A DNA stretch of 64,000 bases from Mobula hypostoma (lineage: Eukaryota), in assembly GCF_963921235.1 (NCBI RefSeq), contig NC_086116.1, positions 60,266,001 through 60,330,000 on the forward strand, given 5' to 3'. A program made the position numbers and the translations under genes. Positions 62,546 to 64,000 of the stretch are shown in pieces. The notes beneath the pieces are model-generated. The model had not been told where the DNA came from, ran no database searches, and worked only from the letters and a program-made list of their open reading frames with translations. How positions within the stretch are numbered: the stretch's first letter is position 1; each line of letters starts with the position of its first letter.

Positions 62546-63859
62546 TACAAATCTTTAAATTACTTAAGTCTTGTTAATTGTTCAATCTCATGTTTGCAGA
62601 TTATTTTAAAAATATGACTCCTATAGAATAAATGGTTATTTACATATCTTTATTTACAATAATTACATGTTATTTCTCACTCTGCACCATTGTGTTTGTT
62701 CCCCCATTCATTAACAGAAAAAGCGGGAACACACATACTAGTGTATTCATACACTAAATATGGTATCTCACAAATGTTAAAAAAAAAGGTCAGCCAAGGT
62801 TCTGCACTGACCATCAATCAATCCCTCAGATTTTTGAAGCAAACTGGCAGTTCGCTGTGCCAGTTAGTGCATCAGGAAATTGAACCTTCGCTGCTCGTTT
62901 TTGTACCAGGCAATTATAGGGCCACTTGGACCTTTCCACCGATGCAGCTTCGACCTTCACATTGCAGTGCAGATCAAAAGCAGTGGACATGTATAGCAGT
63001 CCCATGGAAAATGAATGATAACTGACAGGGCCCTCTCCTGGAACACAGACAAGAACTATCCTGTAGGGGGCTTATGGAGTTAAAGCTGAAGGGATGGGAT
63101 AAATTGGAATATTCTCCCAACTGCAGATAACATTTTCAAAGCCATATCTAATTAAATAACATTTACTTAATTGCACTAATGTGCATGAAACCAAAGATTC
63201 ACGCAGAGAATCCATTAACCTTGAGGCATGGCACTGTAAATACAATATTCAAAGCATTTTATTTTAATTTATTTCTACAAATTGGTAAAATTCTGAACAT
63301 TCTATCACGTGCCTGCAGAGATCAAATCTTTGCATAAAATAATACTTCCACACAACAAATACAACTGTTGTAAACATTTGTCAGTACCTTGAAGTTATCT
63401 GCTTCTTACCCCAATCTTCCCATATTCTCTTTTCATTTCCTGAAGACACTGACTGAAGTGGGATTATGATGACAGTTGCAAATTACAGTATTGCGCTAAA
63501 TTCTTTTATATATATGTATATCACCAACTATCAGTGACAAAAATCACTGCTTTTTGAACACCAACACATGCAAATGATGCTGTTTAAAAACTGTTTGCTC
63601 TAAACATGCTGTATTGTTGAACGGCCACGTAAGTGCACATGACTGATGCTAGTTAGAAACTGTACATCAACAGTCCCCTGCCCCAGTTAAGCAGCATAGT
63701 GTCCCAAAAAACCAAAGAAAATCCCACCAATTATCTTGATTAGCTTTTGTTCTTTAAGAGAGTTATTCCAAATAATTGACTGCCCTGATTAACTGATGGC
63801 CCAATTAACCAGAATTCACTGTACTTAACAAAATAAATAAAGCTTGGTAGCTGTAGCGA

Positions 63860-63958
63860 AATAAAATACAAACTACCTGAGGAACTGAGTGGGTGAAGCA
63901 GCATCAGTGGAGGCAAAAGGATAGTTGACATTTTAGATTGCGACCCTACATCAGGATT
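63860..63958 (-). mobile_element. PLE-derived fragment with degenerate hammerhead
   Basis: gaggaactgagtgggtgaagcagcatc...tagttgacattttagattgcgaccctacatcaggat (minus strand: ctgatgt...aaaatgtcaact). Confidence 0.55.
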
Positions 63959-64000
63959 GCAGACTACTTGTTAGCTGCAGCTTCCTGCCACACATTTTGG

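Noticed and set aside
1..64000. Prokaryotic systems (CRISPR arrays, retrons, DGRs, operons) suggested by the many RT ORFs and repeats
   Set aside because: The RTs are CR1, Rex1, I-type and Gypsy types in a eukaryotic repeat landscape; there is no regular repeat-spacer array and no gene-dense organisation

Overview
Eukaryotic, not prokaryotic: AT-rich vertebrate genomic DNA, almost certainly an elasmobranch (ray/shark), inferred from HE1/V-type SINEs and the CR1/Rex1 repeat landscape. It looks intronic or intergenic. I find no convincing host gene; every recognisable ORF is transposon-derived. It contains a complete decayed Gypsy LTR retrotransposon (20175-24433; LTRs, tRNA-Trp PBS, PPT, 4-bp TSD), CR1, Rex1/Babar, I/Nimb-type and RTE LINEs, Tc1, Tigger/pogo, PIF/Harbinger and hAT DNA transposons, several SINE families, and a multi-level nested TE stack (54302-60270). 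The most striking signal is a family of more than 12 short (100-300 bp) insertions. They carry a minimal type-I hammerhead ribozyme motif (AGTC-CTGANGA-stem II-GAAA-CGTC-GACT), are often built as long inverted repeats with a constant unpaired ~35-nt 3' tail, and six are bounded by 9-15-bp target-site duplications. These look like Penelope-like (PLE) pLTR or retrozyme-type elements. One copy (60538-60672) has an intact core and a perfect 15-bp TSD. All calls come from reading the sequence by eye; no searches were run, and the ends of old repeats are approximate.
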